NCBI GenBank assembly: GCA_030295235.1
Contig: AP026124.1
Location: 930,001 to 994,000 of the forward strand
Origin: Fistulifera solaris
Taxonomy: Eukaryota
DNA: 64,000 nucleotides
Direction of reading: 5' to 3'
In this document: positions 1-13,737 of the stretch, piece by piece
Layout: each line of letters starts with the position of its first letter
Numbering within the stretch: the first letter of the stretch is position 1
The notes under the pieces: model-generated
Databases searched by the model: none
The model's input: only the letters and a program-made list of their open reading frames with translations
Told to the model about the DNA's origin: nothing
Position numbers and translations under genes: made by a program

Positions 1-1488
1 TGAAATCGCTGCTTAGACTGACCCGAAACCGTCGTGATCTTCTGCGCACCGTACATGATTCCGTCTCGAAGCACGAACATCCAACCGTCCGGTCCTGTTC
101 GTACGGGATCGTTGTCTACGTCTAGAACCAGACCGCGCCCCATGTCGTCAGGTACAAAACGCATAGCATAACCATTAGTAACATCTGGATTGGAAATGTA
201 AAGTACTGTATCGGAATCGAGCTTTGCGCGAGGGCATTCCTCAAGCTCCGGTAGCGGTTGTCCAGCAGCTTCTCCTTTGCTATCGAGCCAATCGAAAAAC
301 ATATTCGCTGGACATCCCAAAGATTCCCAGTGCCTGTAGTACAATCTCAAGTTCTTCCCATATCGATGATATTTGTCTGACACCTCCAGCCATGCTTTTC
401 TGTGAAGCTGGGCATAATTTCCGCGCGACGTGCCGCTTTTGACGATCTCCGGTGGGTTGCTTTGAATGCCTTTGTAGACAAAATCCTGCGCAGCAGATCC
501 TTCTGGTAATTTGTCGAGAAAGATTCGCTTAATTGTCGCTCTCGTTCCCCCAAAAGGCCATGGAAAACGTGATTTTGTGGGCGGCGAAATCGTATCAACA
601 CTGATAGAAGTGGCGGGTTCAATTTGTTTGAGCAACGAAGTGCCTTTGTAAGACTTCAACGATACATGAACCTCCGCAGCATCGTCGTCATCGTCGTCGT
701 CGTCCACTTCTTCTTCAATGATGCGCAAGTCGTCCTGCTCACAAGGTCGTAGCTCTCCAACTGCTTCAGCGAACTGTGCAGCCTCGCGCTTGCGTCGAGA
801 GGCAGTCTCTTCTTCTGCTACCTTCGAAGAAACAGATTCTTCAATCGAAAACGGTTCTTCTTCTATACTAGCGGGCTCCGACATACCGTCTATGTCACCA
901 TACAGCGGTCTCTCTGAAATGTTATCATAGTCTTGTTGGACCCATAGCTCTCCCGATAAAGCTTTGCGGACTGCTTCAAGGTCATGGAATATATTGTCGG
1001 ATGGCGAGTTAAACGCATCACCGTTCTCCGAGAGAGCCGAGATACTCCCCCTTATTAAGTCGAAATGACGGAGATTTCTCGATTAAATGCTCGACGACTT
1101 GCTGTTCCTCTGACGACAGAAGCAACGACATTCGGGAAATAGTGCGGTTGTGTGACGGAGATGCGTGTAGCGCCGAAACACCCGTGTTACTCCCATCAAC
1201 ACAGTCTCCGCTAGCGTGAATACTCTCCAAAATATCAGCATCTTGCTCTCGCATTAAAAGTTCTAACGTATCCCTGGAAACGAACTCAGTGCGTGTCCTG
1301 TTGGAGCGACTAGAACGAACGGATCTCGTCTCTGCTGCATCGCCTTCTGCTATCTCGTCCTCTAGACTCTCGTCTTTCTCCTCTTCCCACAACTGAGAGC
1401 AGTCATCGGGTGTAAAATCAACAAGACTTTCAACGGTGTTAAGTTTGGGATGTGCAGCAATGTCAGATGTCATCTCCTTCTGCGACAA
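1..1488 (-). CDS. IQM-family (IQ-motif-containing, calmodulin-binding-like) protein; runs off the window start; frameshifted, true start uncertain
   Basis: Manual minus-strand translation of 1-410 gives WLEVSDKYHRYGKNLRLYYRHW...FFDWLD...LEECPRAKL...GWMFVL, matching the conserved IQM core. An acidic N-terminal region (ORF 1018-1488 and an alternative frame 560-1040) joins it across frame breaks. Confidence 0.7.
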
Positions 1489-1864
1489 TAAAGATGAAGC
1501 ACGATCGTTTCTGAGACTGAGCGATCAACAGCAACACGCGCATTATAACAAGAGCGAGAGAGCTCGAAAAGCATCACTGGTATCAACGAATGGCACTGTC
1601 TTCTCTACTGTAGGCAACAAGGAAGAGAGGACATTGAATTCGCTCACCTAAATTTTTTGTACATAATTCTAGAGAGATAACCAGTACCGGTTCCTGAGTC
1701 ACTGTACGTTGCAATTATTGCGCGCGCCACGCCGCAACCAGAGTTTTTCCTCCACATTACACTCTTCATAACATCGCGAAGATGAATCTTGAGCAAACGA
1801 ATCTTGTTGTTGAATCTCTTCTCTTCCCTTTTCGTCGCAAGGAACACGTAGGCAGCTTCATGAG

Positions 1865-2791
1865 ATGAGTGTGAAGCTATTGGTGACGACAGTGCTATTA
1901 TTACTTCCATACGTGCACACTTTTTCGGTGGAAAAGAGAGTGTCGAAACTGCTTTCTTGGTCGAAATCGGAAAATGAGGCACCTACTATCCTGGGATGGT
2001 GCGAGGAACGCCGTCTTCAAGACGCGACAGAATTACAGGTAACTGTCAGCTGCGGTGACAGCGAGCCGCTCGAAGTTTCTATCCCGATACCAACCGATGA
2101 GAACACCTTGGCGCGCACCTTGTGGCCTTCGTCCCTAGCAGCTGCGATTCTCCTAAGATTGCCCGCATCGGAACAACTTGTTAAAGATAGGCACATTCTC
2201 GAGCTGGGCTGTGGTCTAGGGTTGGCTGGGATTGTTACATCCAGTAGTGCAAAGAGCTGCTGTCTCACCGATCATGACGAAGAAATCATTCAGTTACTGA
2301 AAAATCAAAACATACCCAACATTGATGTCAGCTATTTGGAATGGCGTGATGAGGACCGACCTAATGATATCCCTCCATCTGACTTAGTGATCGGGGCGGA
2401 TATTGCCTACTATTTCTATCTCTTACGCCCTCTAATTGATACAACGAAGGCCATGCTAAGACCAGATAACTCAGCATTCATGGTCGTGGGGCAAGCGAAT
2501 CGAGAAAGCCAGTGGGATCTTTATCACAATGTTCGAGATGGATGCTACAATCAGCTCACTGACGAAAGAGAAGCTCCATGGAATGGGGAAACGCGCATGT
2601 TATTGTATCAGCTTCAGATGTTTAAATGGCAAGTCGATGATGATATTGCTCTCGAAAATCAGGAACTTGACGGAACAATTCCAATCGCGGTTATGATCCA
2701 TACATCTCCGGGCTTGGAAAATTTCGCTTTTACGACGTTCGACCACATTGCAACGAAGAACGACAAAGAAGGCATTATGATGTCGTTTTAA
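1865..2791 (+). CDS. METTL21/Methyltransf_16-like SAM-dependent protein methyltransferase with hydrophobic N-terminus
   Basis: Motifs LWPSS, ILELGCGLGLAG, LTD, LEW and DLVIGADIAY. Confidence 0.85.
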   Translation: MSVKLLVTTVLLLLPYVHTFSVEKRVSKLLSWSKSENEAPTILGWCEERRLQDATELQVTVSCGDSEPLEVSIPIPTDENTLARTLWPSSLAAAILLRLPASEQLVKDRHILELGCGLGLAGIVTSSSAKSCCLTDHDEEIIQLLKNQNIPNIDVSYLEWRDEDRPNDIPPSDLVIGADIAYYFYLLRPLIDTTKAMLRPDNSAFMVVGQANRESQWDLYHNVRDGCYNQLTDEREAPWNGETRMLLYQLQMFKWQVDDDIALENQELDGTIPIAVMIHTSPGLENFAFTTFDHIATKNDKEGIMMSF

Positions 2792-3821
2792 ACGCGTCGT
2801 CTTGGACATGCCAGTATGAGGACGTCATTTGACGCAACGAACGTTTGCTTGTCAAAGTAATCTGATCATGACTTGATGACCGTGTTTTGAAACTTTTTTT
2901 TTTGAGATTTTGCCGATGCGGTGTGCAATATGCCGTTGAAAGGGTGGTCAGAAAAGCTCCAGTTTCCACAACCTCGCAGTCATCATCTCTTTTCTAGATT
3001 TAGTCCAAGAGTGGAATGTCCTCAGCTTGGATATCCGTGATCGAAGCAATCAAGTCCATTCGTTTCACCGCAACACGCCCTATGAAGAGCGTGAAAATGA
3101 ACTTTAAAATTGCCGATCGTTCATACCTAATTGCTATTTTTGCTTGGCAAAAAGCTTTTTTGATTGTCTCGTTCCAGCTTTTATATTTATGTCGAGAGTT
3201 TCTTATACGTTTGACTAGCTCGAAGTCCTCAGTCTCGCCCTAGCGTTGTTGCCAGTACGACATATAGGACGACGCACGTACGTGACACGTCAAGCGCAAC
3301 TTCACTCACCGCTCACCAATCAAAAATCGACTCCGTACTATAGTAAAATGTGTACTTTCTTCCACTCCGGCATCTAAATTTTTGAACGCAACGCCCGCAC
3401 GCCGCAGACATTCTTCCCGCCAATCGAGCCCAGTGTTTTCGCGAACGGTAGCCAGTGCACTGTAGTCAAAATAGTAGAAGATACATTCGCGATTTTTGCG
3501 AGCGAAAGCGAGTGGCGAGAGGGGACGAGCTGCGTAAACAACGCGGTAAAAAACTTGCGGTACCTCCAGTAGTCGATGTTCAGTGCTTGAATGACACTTT
3601 GTCATAAATAAGTTGCAAAAGCTTGTCATTGAAAGTATCTGACGCGACTATTCTAGACTGCATTAGAGTAATTACTGGTCGGGGCGAAAAGCATCAAACA
3701 GTTTGCAACCGCATCTTCGAAAGCAATCCGAACGATCGTGTTCTGTTACGGTTTTACTTTCATCTTACTGTGAGCATTTGCTGTGTTTTTGATCTATTAT
3801 CTCAGTGGATTACTCTTTCCC

Positions 3822-4885
3822 ATGCTGAAAATGGTCACAGTTAAGGATTCGTCCTTGGTCACACCTGTCGATCCGATGAACGGTCATCTTGAAGAGCCAG
3901 GCAGCTTGAGTGACATGCATCACCACAACAAGTCCCCAGCTGTTAATTCTGCTCTCCGCGAGACGGCAATGACTACCGAAGAGCTCTCTGAAGCTGCTTT
4001 TCCCGTAGAAAAAGAACCGATGAAGTCGATTGCGGAACCGCCCCGGTAGTCTTTGCAGTTTCGGCTTCGTCGTCTATTTGCACGAGAGAAAGTGACACCG
4101 GTGTTCTATCGGATTTGGAAAGTAATAAGAACGGGATGGAGACACCGCTCAAGTTTCACCAAGGAAATTCTGAAAGGTCAAATGCTCAGCTTTCCTTGCA
4201 AAAAACTTCGCGACAGGGAAGGGATTTGCAGCGCTGGTCGATCGATGAGACCACAAACGAAACCGTAAGACTCGTTACAGGCTGCGTTCCCATCCTACGA
4301 GAAGGAAAAATACTTCTTATTTCAGCGAACCGGAAAGCCGAATGGATTCTTCCCAAAGGTGGTTGGGAACAGGATGAAACTATGGAAGAAAGTGCAGCTC
4401 GTGAATGCTTTGAAGAAGCAGGTGTACTCGGAAAGCTAGGTCCCAAACTTGCTGAGATTCAATACGAGACTCGCAAGTCGAAGAAGAGGAGGCTGGACGC
4501 TGTTAGCTTAGAAAATAAGCAAGTCGAAAATGCTGGTCTAGATACCATTGAAGCACCTGCATCAGATGGCACTGAACCGAAAACAGCATCTCTTCTCACC
4601 GACGAATCGATCAACAAAATTGAAGAAGAAACTGCTTCGGTAAGACGGCCATGCGATGAAACGCATTCCATAGCCTCTTCATACACAGGCAACTACACAC
4701 AAGTTCGAATGACACTGTTTCCGCTTTATGTCGACACAGTTTCAAGCACCTGGCCAGAAAGTGGAAGGCTGCGCAAAGCTGTTGATATTGACGAGGCGAT
4801 AGAGTTGTTAGATTCGCGCCCAGAATTCAAAGCGGCTCTTATAGAGGTGAAAAACCGCGGCTTGCATGCCCTGCCTTCGAAATAA
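3822..4885 (+). CDS. Nudix hydrolase (DIPP/NUDT3-like); 5' part in another frame (intron or frameshift near 4045-4115)
   Basis: RLVTGCVP..ILLIS..WILPKGGWEQDETMEESAARECFEEAGV Nudix box; C-terminal WPE..R.R. Confidence 0.85.
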
Positions 4886-4994
4886 TGTATCTTTTATAGG
4901 ATACATGAATTCGTGTCTTCGAAACTAAAACTGATATTGTACACTATAAAAGCATTAAATTTGATCCTGTACAACTTGTAACGGATTTCCATGG

Positions 4995-6197
4995 TTATCT
5001 CCGAAAGCTGTTATCATCAGTAGGCGCATCATAAAACACGTCATCCCAGTCATCGTCCATCTCCTGATCTTGTGGAAACTCCGTTCCATTGAATTCGTGT
5101 CTTCTGGATGCAGATGAACCGTTATCAGTGGCAATTTCTTCCTCGCTCAGTTCGTTTCGACCTTCATTTCGTTTATCTTCTAACAGTGCTACTGCGACCG
5201 TCCAAATAAAAGCGTAGACTATCATAAATATCAAGGTCCCTAACGTGTAGCATGTAAAGTACCAATCACGCAGTATATTTTGCAATGTGTTGAATTCTTT
5301 TCCCATTCTGATTTCCGCCTTCGTAATTTCAACCAAGGTACTTGCCGCTAACCGAGGCAGTATTCGAACGTGAATGTGTCTCTTCCGAAGAAGATTCAAA
5401 TGAGACGCACATGAAAAGAGTTGGTTCTCGATCATGCAAGATCACTTTGTGACGACTTACCAGAGGGTGATCGCAACTCTCAACATAATGCCGGAAGACA
5501 GGAATCACGACGTGCTTAGATTCTTCTACAGCACCGATCATCAAAGGTACAAGCAATACAGCCTTCTGCAGCACTGAAATCCATCTACTTTGGTGGGGAA
5601 ACCGCGCACTGCGGCGAGAAACGGCTAGAACTGTACCGTTGTGAGATGTAAGCTCGACCTTGACTCCAAAAATACCAGTCGAAGCACGGTTTGTTTCCGA
5701 TTCTGGTAAGACTAACACAAGTTCCATGAAATAGGCCCGATTTGTTACAAGCAAGCGATGCGATGATAGAGGAGTCGGCACAACGCGTTCGGTATCGACA
5801 AAATCCCAATGATGCTTTGCAAACAAATCGGTAGAACCCCACGGAGTCGGGAGTGAATTTCCGTTTACCTGGGTTGTTTCAACGCTTTGCAAAAAGAAGG
5901 AGCGGGCGCTCCAGTATAGTCGAGGTAAATTGGAGCAGCCACTGAGAAGGATGGCATAACGACCGTGTAGAACAGATGATATGAAAAGAGCGATATGGTG
6001 AAAATGGCTAGGAACTTCAAAAGCCTTTTGATCTGTCTAATCATGAAAGGAATGAGACCCCCGAATTCCTCTCGGTCGTAGATGCTATGAATATCAAATA
6101 AATACGTGAACGTTTCATCCTGAAATGGCTGCAGCCTTGCAATCGAACTAGAAACAGCGGGCTCAGAAAGATAACGCCTTCTCGTTAAATTTGCCAT
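4995..6197 (-). CDS. Seipin (lipid-droplet biogenesis protein); one intron near 5380-5460, frameshift near 5890
   Basis: TM1 followed by PIYLDY. Luminal YFMELVLVLPESETN..GIFGV..SRRSARFPHQS..LLVPLMIGAVEES motif. TM2 and an acidic tail. GTAAGT donor at 5460. Confidence 0.8.
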
Positions 6198-6961
6198 TTT
6201 GCTCGCTACCTGTCACTCATTTCAATAAGTATCCAATCATTAATATCACGAAGCAGCTTTCTATGCTTCTTCTCCCTTTCTGTAGGTTACAATAAATCGA
6301 AAAGGACGACGTTTGCGATTGCGATGTTTTTTTGCGATTACCATGTAATTGCGCGATGCGCTTCAGGCGCGGCAAGCTTTGCCCATAGATTTTCACGTAG
6401 AAAACACATACCCAGATTTTCTGGGCTTGTGAAAACCTGTTGCTTCGGAAAGCATTCAAAATAAATCAATCGTCTTACACTTTGATTTACTATAACCCCA
6501 AAGTGAAGACGACTTTTTATCACGACTGGATTGTGTATGAGTCATGAGCCATTTCTTTTTCTCCCTTGCAACGGATTCTAGGATTCGTCTTGCATCCGCG
6601 ATGAAAGATCTCTTGCTACTTCTTTTGAAGTGACTTTGATTTAATGTTTCATCTACTTAACTCCTCTCTTGGTCGAGCGGAGCGATACTCATAGATCCAC
6701 GAAGGACGAGCACGATGAATAGCGGATCATGTCGTACCACCAATGGATGGACTCACTTTTCCGTCGTCACAGGCGTCAGCAACAGTCCACAGATTTTCTG
6801 GCCAAGTGAGAAAAACCAGTCGCACAGATTTTTAACCACATATGGAAAGGATCGACCTGGCATTTTCTTTTGCTGCGTCGTTTGCAATAAATTTTGGTTT
6901 CCATTCCGTACCAAGTTTTATTACCAAGAAGTGCACAAACCGAAATAATTACAACTGTATC

Positions 6962-9900
6962 ATGTTTGCTGACGAGCTCGCGGGAAACTCCAGTCGTAAG
7001 CGCGCGGAAGAAAACAAAGCTCGAAGATTGAGACTCAAGGCGCAACAACAGAAAAAGGCGAATGAGAAAATTGTGTCGTCGACACCCGTTCTTGTCGCTG
7101 ACGACGTAGCGTCGCTCGCCGAGGTTTCTTTATTTAAGCCAATTTTATCTACTCTATTGACAGAGCATACTACTTCTGCAGTGGCGAAGGACGTTTCGCT
7201 GACAACAGCAGCTCCTAAAACAGTGACTTCATCCGCACAACTCTCAGCCGTCGAGAAAGCTGAACAACAGCGTCAAATTCGAGCCGAAACAGCAAAAAAG
7301 ATCCATTCTTCGATAGTAATTCAAGCATTTTATCGCAGATATCACTGTTACGTTGCTTTAAGAAAGCACCATTTTGAATCGTTATCAAAACGGACACAGG
7401 ATATTAGTACGCTTCGTGAGATGCTGCTTCAAACAAAAAAAATCAGATATGTACCCCCACCCACGACCGCGACAGTAATGGTACGGCAGCTTCTTTTTCT
7501 GACTACGCGGGTCATACATGATAACAAGACGAAAATGAGAGTGAGGGTGAAACGTATTGACTCTCTTCGCGATTTGGATTTGCTTGCGAGTTTGATGAGT
7601 GACGTATTGCTGCCTGGGATGTCTAGTGTGGACGAGAAAGTTAACCCTATGTTGTCATGGCTTGCCACACAAGAAGGCCGAATACGAATGAAACATCTTT
7701 TGCGTGTCGTGATGGTTGCTATTTCGTCAAAAAAGACAAGTGGAAATGTTCTGGATTCACTTCTCCATTTTTTGCGGTCGGTAATCGGGCTATCGAAAGA
7801 TACATCAGCTCCGAAACAGGTTCAAGATTATTGCTTTTCGTTATCATTTCCCAACAATTTGCCACTCTATGATTCGTCGCCATCAGACGATCCTCCCTAT
7901 GCTTTTGAAAGCAACGATCTACATATGATTTCCATTTTGCGTTACTTCCTACTATTCATATCCGGGGGAACGGACCCCATTCCCCTAGATGCCATGAACG
8001 CACGCGAATCATGCATTGCAGAAACTTTCAGAAAGCAGGGTGGTGAGCTATTCTTGATTATTTTACATGCTGTTAATCGTGCTCCTATGTCGAACAGACG
8101 TGGATTCCACAGCCAGATTGTTACCATGCTGATGACAATACCCCTCTTTACATGGAAGGTATCTAGTGCTGCTTTAAATGTCTTGATACATACAAATGAT
8201 GCTTCGACAAAAGCACTCATTGTTCAACTTATCGAGTCATTCATGGAGCATCGGTCGATTGATTTGTCAAATGGTTATGTTAACGCGGTTTTGACGACTC
8301 AAGATCTTGTTCTGACAAGATGCCCAGCTACACCATCACAATGTTTGTTGGCGAATGTCGTTCAGTTAGGTCGAATATGCCCGACAACGAGCGGCATTGA
8401 TACCGACTTGTTTGACTTCAAGTCAACGGCCATTTTATTTTCGATGATATCAACGCTCGTAGAAGCCATTCCAGTGGGCACTTTCACGGCAAGAGAGTCT
8501 TGCGTCGAATGGATCGATGACGGACATGGTGTTCATAAGCCCGTTGTTTTGTCTCCGGTTGTTATTGAGCAGTGCAAAGCTCTTTTGGTTGATTCCCACG
8601 TGCGCCGAATGTTCACTGTAGCAATCGACACCGATATTTTGAAGACAGACGAGGTTTTACAGAAGAAAGATGAGAAGGACCTGAAACTTGAAGATGAAAT
8701 GATGAAAGAAGGAGCTACATCGGCAGCTGCGCTAGCCGCGAGAGAAGCCCGGATTGATCGGAGTAGAAGTTTTGGAACACAAGTAAATGGGCGCGAAAGT
8801 TGACCAAAGGCGTTGCAAATTTTCTCGTCAAAGATGGAGATGCAGGTGCAAAAGGAGCCACAATTACCGACAAAATGAGTACAAATGGGTTGAAAAATAT
8901 TTCTAGTGAGTCGCGACGATATGCCGAGGGTAGTCATTCGGAATATACGAGAGATCTGTTGTTTTGTCTGACCAGGACGTACGCCATTGTCATCGCGCGA
9001 TGGGGTGGTGGAGGCAAAAACGATATCGTTCAACGAAGACAGCTAGACCGCGCGAAGGGGGGAACAGGAGGTTGCCACCACTTCTGCAGAGCCCTGTGTG
9101 ATAAGCCTCTTGAACACTCTTTGCTTTGGAACCTCTTTGCTTAAAGTTCTTTGGGCTATGATACAATCCGATAGTCAAGTGGTTGCAGAGTTGCATTCTG
9201 TGATTGATCCGGATAAAGGGCGTATTCCGGTTCGCATGCTGCGAACTAAGCCCGCGATAATTAGTGATTCGAGATGTGACGGATGGACACTGCTATTCAT
9301 GTTTGTTTCATTACTTGGCCATGTGCTGATCGTAACTGACGATGTTGAGCTCTACGATATGGACAAACCGCTTCCTCTCCACCAGATCAGACAGTGCATA
9401 CAATTTCTGAAGAAACTCCTTTATAGAGCATGTTGCCTCGACGACTTGTCTATTGCACAAAGTTCTACGTACTTTGGCCTTGCTTTGATTACCGCGTCAT
9501 CGAGAGCGATGAAAGATCTGTACGATCGCTCTAGTCGACGACCCCTCTGCACACCCAAGCTTTGGATAGTCTCTGATTTGATGGAAAGCGAAATCCGAAG
9601 TTGCAAACGGCATGAGGATTTTACGAGTCTACTTCATCTCCCTGTTCTACGATTATGCCCATTTCTTGTCTCTTTCAAGCGCCGACTGAAATTGTTCGAA
9701 TGTATTATTACTACTAGTCGCATTGAGATACAAGGCGTGAACGATGGAAACCCTTTCAACACGAACCCTTTAAAGCAAGGCATACCTGTCCGCATTACAC
9801 GCGGGCGTATCCTCGAAGATGGACTTGCCACCATGAACAACTTAGGATCTAACATGCGCCAACGTATCGTCGTGAATTATTACAACGAAGCGGGAGTTCG

Positions 9901-10881
9901 AGAAACCGGAGTTGATGCAGGAGGTCTCTTCAAAGAATTTTGGACCGACCTATGTGCTATCGCTTTTGACCCAAATTACGCTCTCTTTCGTGTCACAGAT
10001 GGTGCTGGCGATTGTATGTACCCCAACCCGTCATCTGCAGCTGCTCATGGTACTGATCACATAACTCTCTTTGAATTCCTTGGCCGCATACTCGGGAAAG
10101 CTCTTTTGAAGGAATCACGATACATCCACGATTTGCGCACTTTTTTCTGAGCTTTCTTCGCGGAGACTACAACTATCTTCACATGCTACCAGATTTAAGC
10201 ACCGTCGATCCTCAACTGTACAACAATTTAATGTTCTTGAAGACCTACGATGGCGACGCCAGAGACCTGTGTCTATCCTTTACCGTTACCACGGATGACT
10301 TTGGTGGTACGAAAGAAATTCCGTTGGTTCCGAAGGGTGATACCCTCGAGGTGACAAACGCAAATAAGTTACGATACATTGGTCTAGTTGCCAAGTATTA
10401 TGTCGTGGATCGAGTGAAGGAGCAAAGTGAAGCGTTCACTCGCGGGTTGTGGGAAGTGATTGATCGTTCGTGGTTGCGAATCTTTAACGAGCCTGAATTA
10501 CAGGTTTTAATTAGCGGAGCATCGGACGGCAGACTGGATGTTGAAGATATGAGAGCCAATACACGGTACGTTGGCGGTTTCACCGGGCTCGATCGTACAG
10601 TGACTAGATTCTGGAATGTTGTTGCTCGATTTGAGAGTAAACAGCAGGCAGATCTGTTGCGATTTGTCACAAGTTGCGAACGTCCTCCTCCTTTGGGTTT
10701 TGGGAGCATGAATCCTCCCTTTACTATCCAGCGCGTCGGCATATTGCGAGACGATGATAAACTCCCAACAGCGTCTACATGTTTCAACATTCTGAAACTC
10801 CCTACATATAGCAGCGAGAAAGTCCTTCGTGATCGACTTCTACTGGCGATTCAGTCTGGAGCTGGATTTGAATTGGCGTAG
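6962..10881 (+). CDS. HECT E3 ubiquitin ligase, UBE3B/UBE3C (UPL6/7)-like with N-terminal IQ motif; split by about 3 frameshifts
   Basis: IQAFYRRY IQ motif; ETGVDAGGLFKEF; FLGRILGKAL; LLRFVTSCERPP; LPTASTCFNILKLP catalytic Cys; terminal AGFELA. Confidence 0.92.
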
Positions 10882-10963
10882 TATGTGAATCAGTAAAATG
10901 TGGCTCTAAATGTAACCTAAGTTAACTTCACTTGATTCCCTTAAAGTTCTAAAAATGATGATG

Positions 10964-11631
10964 TTATAGTTCCGGGCTGCTGGTAGGGGTCAATTGATCA
11001 AGGATGTGAATTCGTTCTTGAAGCCAAGCTACGAAAAAGATATTGAAAGAGCAACTTATGAGACAAAGTAAGGTAACAAGCTGAAAAAGCAACGCCAGAA
11101 CTCACATTTCAATGCCTTTTCCATAGGCTTGCCTTGCATACTGATCAGGCGCTGCAACTCCTTCGATACTGCATCTACATCCTTGGCTTTCCACTTGGTA
11201 ACATAATCACGCGCCTTCTCATCGCATGTCTTTTTGGTATCATCGACATCACATTTCGCAGCAAGCTCCACGTCGACGTACGCCATCAAGTGATCAAAGG
11301 AACGTTGACCGGAGTATTTCTCCTCCTCGCCGTTCTTGTATACTTTAATTGTCGGATATCCCGTAACACCATTCTCCTTACAAAGACTTTCTTCTTCTCC
11401 GCAGTTCACATCCGCGATGAAGACGGAGCTATGAGCCTCTTCCGCCAACCGATCCCAATCGGGTTTCATCTTGGTGCAATGACCGCACCACGACTGATAA
11501 AATTTGATCATCCCATTTTTCCCAGACGACACGAGCTCATGGAAGGTTTTCTCGTTCAATTGTTGCGTACCCGCAGCACTTTGAATGTAAAGAGTGACAC
11601 TAATAAGGGAAAGGAACTTCATCTTGATCAT
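10964..11631 (-). CDS. Secreted/ER thioredoxin-domain (PDI-like) protein; intron ~11030-11106
   Basis: Signal peptide; KFYQSWCGHC; GYPTI cis-Pro loop; helical C-terminal domain. The spliced last exon ends ...TSSPEL*, a KDEL-like signal. Confidence 0.85.
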
Positions 11632-11990
11632 TTTAACCGATTAGCAGGTCTCTTTGAATGAGCACATCCATTTTCGCTCGTTTGTCACGATCGCATCGCA
11701 TACCTGGTACAGTACCGTTACTTGGTACAGTACTAGTTAGGCCTTGGCTAAGAACTAAGAATACGAAAGGGCGGGAGAGTTTCGGCTTTCGGCCAACAGT
11801 CAGCACGAGTGTGTCTGAGTACCACTCGATACCGTGACCCGTATTGCCCAAGATCTTATTTTTATCCTTTTTCGCCTCACTTTTGTTCTCCCTATCCAAC
11901 AAACAACGATCGAAGGCACAACGTTTCTTTCACACTGTCCATTAAAGACTTCCCCCCGGTTTGTTTGCTATCTTAGAAGCACAAGCGTAA

Positions 11991-12841
11991 ATGGGCCGGC
12001 CCTCGGATTCTTCTTCTCCGAGTCCGTTCGACTGGCTGAATGATTACATATACATCTCCCCGCAACTTCAAAATGTGTTAAAGATGCTACGTCGCCCCAA
12101 CTTGTCTGTATGGGGCTCGCTTGTTCCGCTTCGTTCGTCGCCGGATGGAAAATGGCACGGTCAGGGTCTTCCTGGAAACGTATCGCTTCCATTGCAGATA
12201 TTTCCTCTTCTAAGATGGGCCCAACTTCACCGTTTCTGCGCGGTCGCGTCGTGTCGGTGAGCGACGGAGATACCTTTCGATTTCTACATGTGCCTACCCG
12301 GTTTCATTCGTCTCAGTTGGGCAATCAAAAATTGGCGGATGTTACTTTGCCGATTCGAATCTGTACCATCGACACACCCGAAACAGCAAAATTTGGCAAG
12401 CAGGGACAGCCCTTTGGAGACGAGGCCAAGAATTATTTAAAGGCAATGATAATGGATCGGATTGTAAAGGTGAGAGTCCTCGAAAAAGATCAGTATGGTC
12501 GTGGTGTTGCTGAAGTCTACCAGTCCGGTCGGTTTTTTGGCTGGCCTCGAAAGTATATAGATCAGGAGATGCTGAAAGTAAGTTCGTACGCATCGCCTTT
12601 CGGCGAAGAAACATTTATCCAATGACCCTGAATAGCTCACATCGCAATACATTGTTGTTTAACTCACAAGGCGGGTCTTGCGGAAGTTTACGTAGGAGCT
12701 GGGGCTGTCTATGGACACAAGAAAAAGGAAGCCTATCTTCAGATTCAGGCCAAGGCCGAACGAAGGAAAGTCGGGATGTGGTCATTAAACAATCGCGAGT
12801 CCGCTGCTGAATTCAAATTGAGAATGAAATCAGAAACTTAG
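11991..12841 (+). CDS. Staphylococcal nuclease-like (SNase/Lcl3-type) endonuclease; frameshift near 12100, intron ~12578-12670
   Basis: VVSVSDGDTF, IRICTIDTPE, QPFGDEAK and KDQYGR motifs. After the intron: AGLAEVY..GAVYG..GMWS. Confidence 0.88.
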
Positions 12842-13737
12842 ATTGTTCATGTACTTTGTGATGGATCCAGATCTCTGGAACAAAATGGACAAGTTATGTA
12901 GATTCATGACGATGGAGTAGCGACACTTCCTGAACTAGATAACTATACTGGAGTCCATGTACAATCGATAGCAGGTATCCAAGATAGAAACGTCTTCTTT
13001 CTAAATGGATCGTTGTTCAACTGTTAGCTTTCTTGCGTTACAGATGACAGCCATTGACTACGTGCTGGTTTGCCTCGAACATGAATCATCTTTAGTTTTC
13101 CACGCTAAACTGTCATAGAAGCTCCGTTTGTTCTGTTTCTCAACTCTACGAGGACTTGGTAGGCAACTTTTGTGGTAATCGTGCTGCACTGGGAGACACG
13201 GGAACGCACCTCTGCTTGGTACATTTCTCTACGGGGGCCTACGTGGATGTACACTTTTTCCCGCACCTTCCTAAATTGTAAATTTTATCCCAAATGGTTT
13301 ACTTCCGCTACGACTGGATTTCAGTCATGAGACGCGAACTATAGATGTTGAAAAGCGTGCCGCAACATTATGTTGCCTCTTTCGTTTAAATTAAAAACCC
13401 ACATTCCCATAGAGCTACGATTAGATTTCATCAACATTTAAACTTGCTGCAATGCCCCACCAGAAGCCGTTGAAAGCTCTCGAAGTCGACCTTTCATGAT
13501 TTTACTATGGCCCAGACTGTTTGTTCTCAGGCACCACGACTGGGGTCTTCCTCTTTTCCGTTTTCCACAAAAGATCTTCGCTTCTTGAAGGGTCGCACAA
13601 ATCATCACTTCTGAGTTATTTTCATGTTATTTCGACTGCCCAAAGGCAAAAAATGAGATTGTATCATCACCCATACCTTTGCGCAATTAATTGTATTGAA
13701 AACATTGGGCAAGTGTCTATTATGTAAGCAAGCAATC

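Noticed and set aside
6842..6961. ORF-track N-terminal extensions (also 31546-31722, 24718-24828, 13696-13737)
   Set aside because: More plausibly UTR or intron sequence upstream of better ATG starts.
8740..10190. Programmed ribosomal frameshifting in the HECT gene
   Set aside because: Similar breaks occur in many unrelated genes, so sequencing error is the simpler explanation.
11440..11500. Possible selenocysteine in the thioredoxin active site
   Set aside because: The motif reads WCGHC with ordinary Cys codons and no in-frame TGA.
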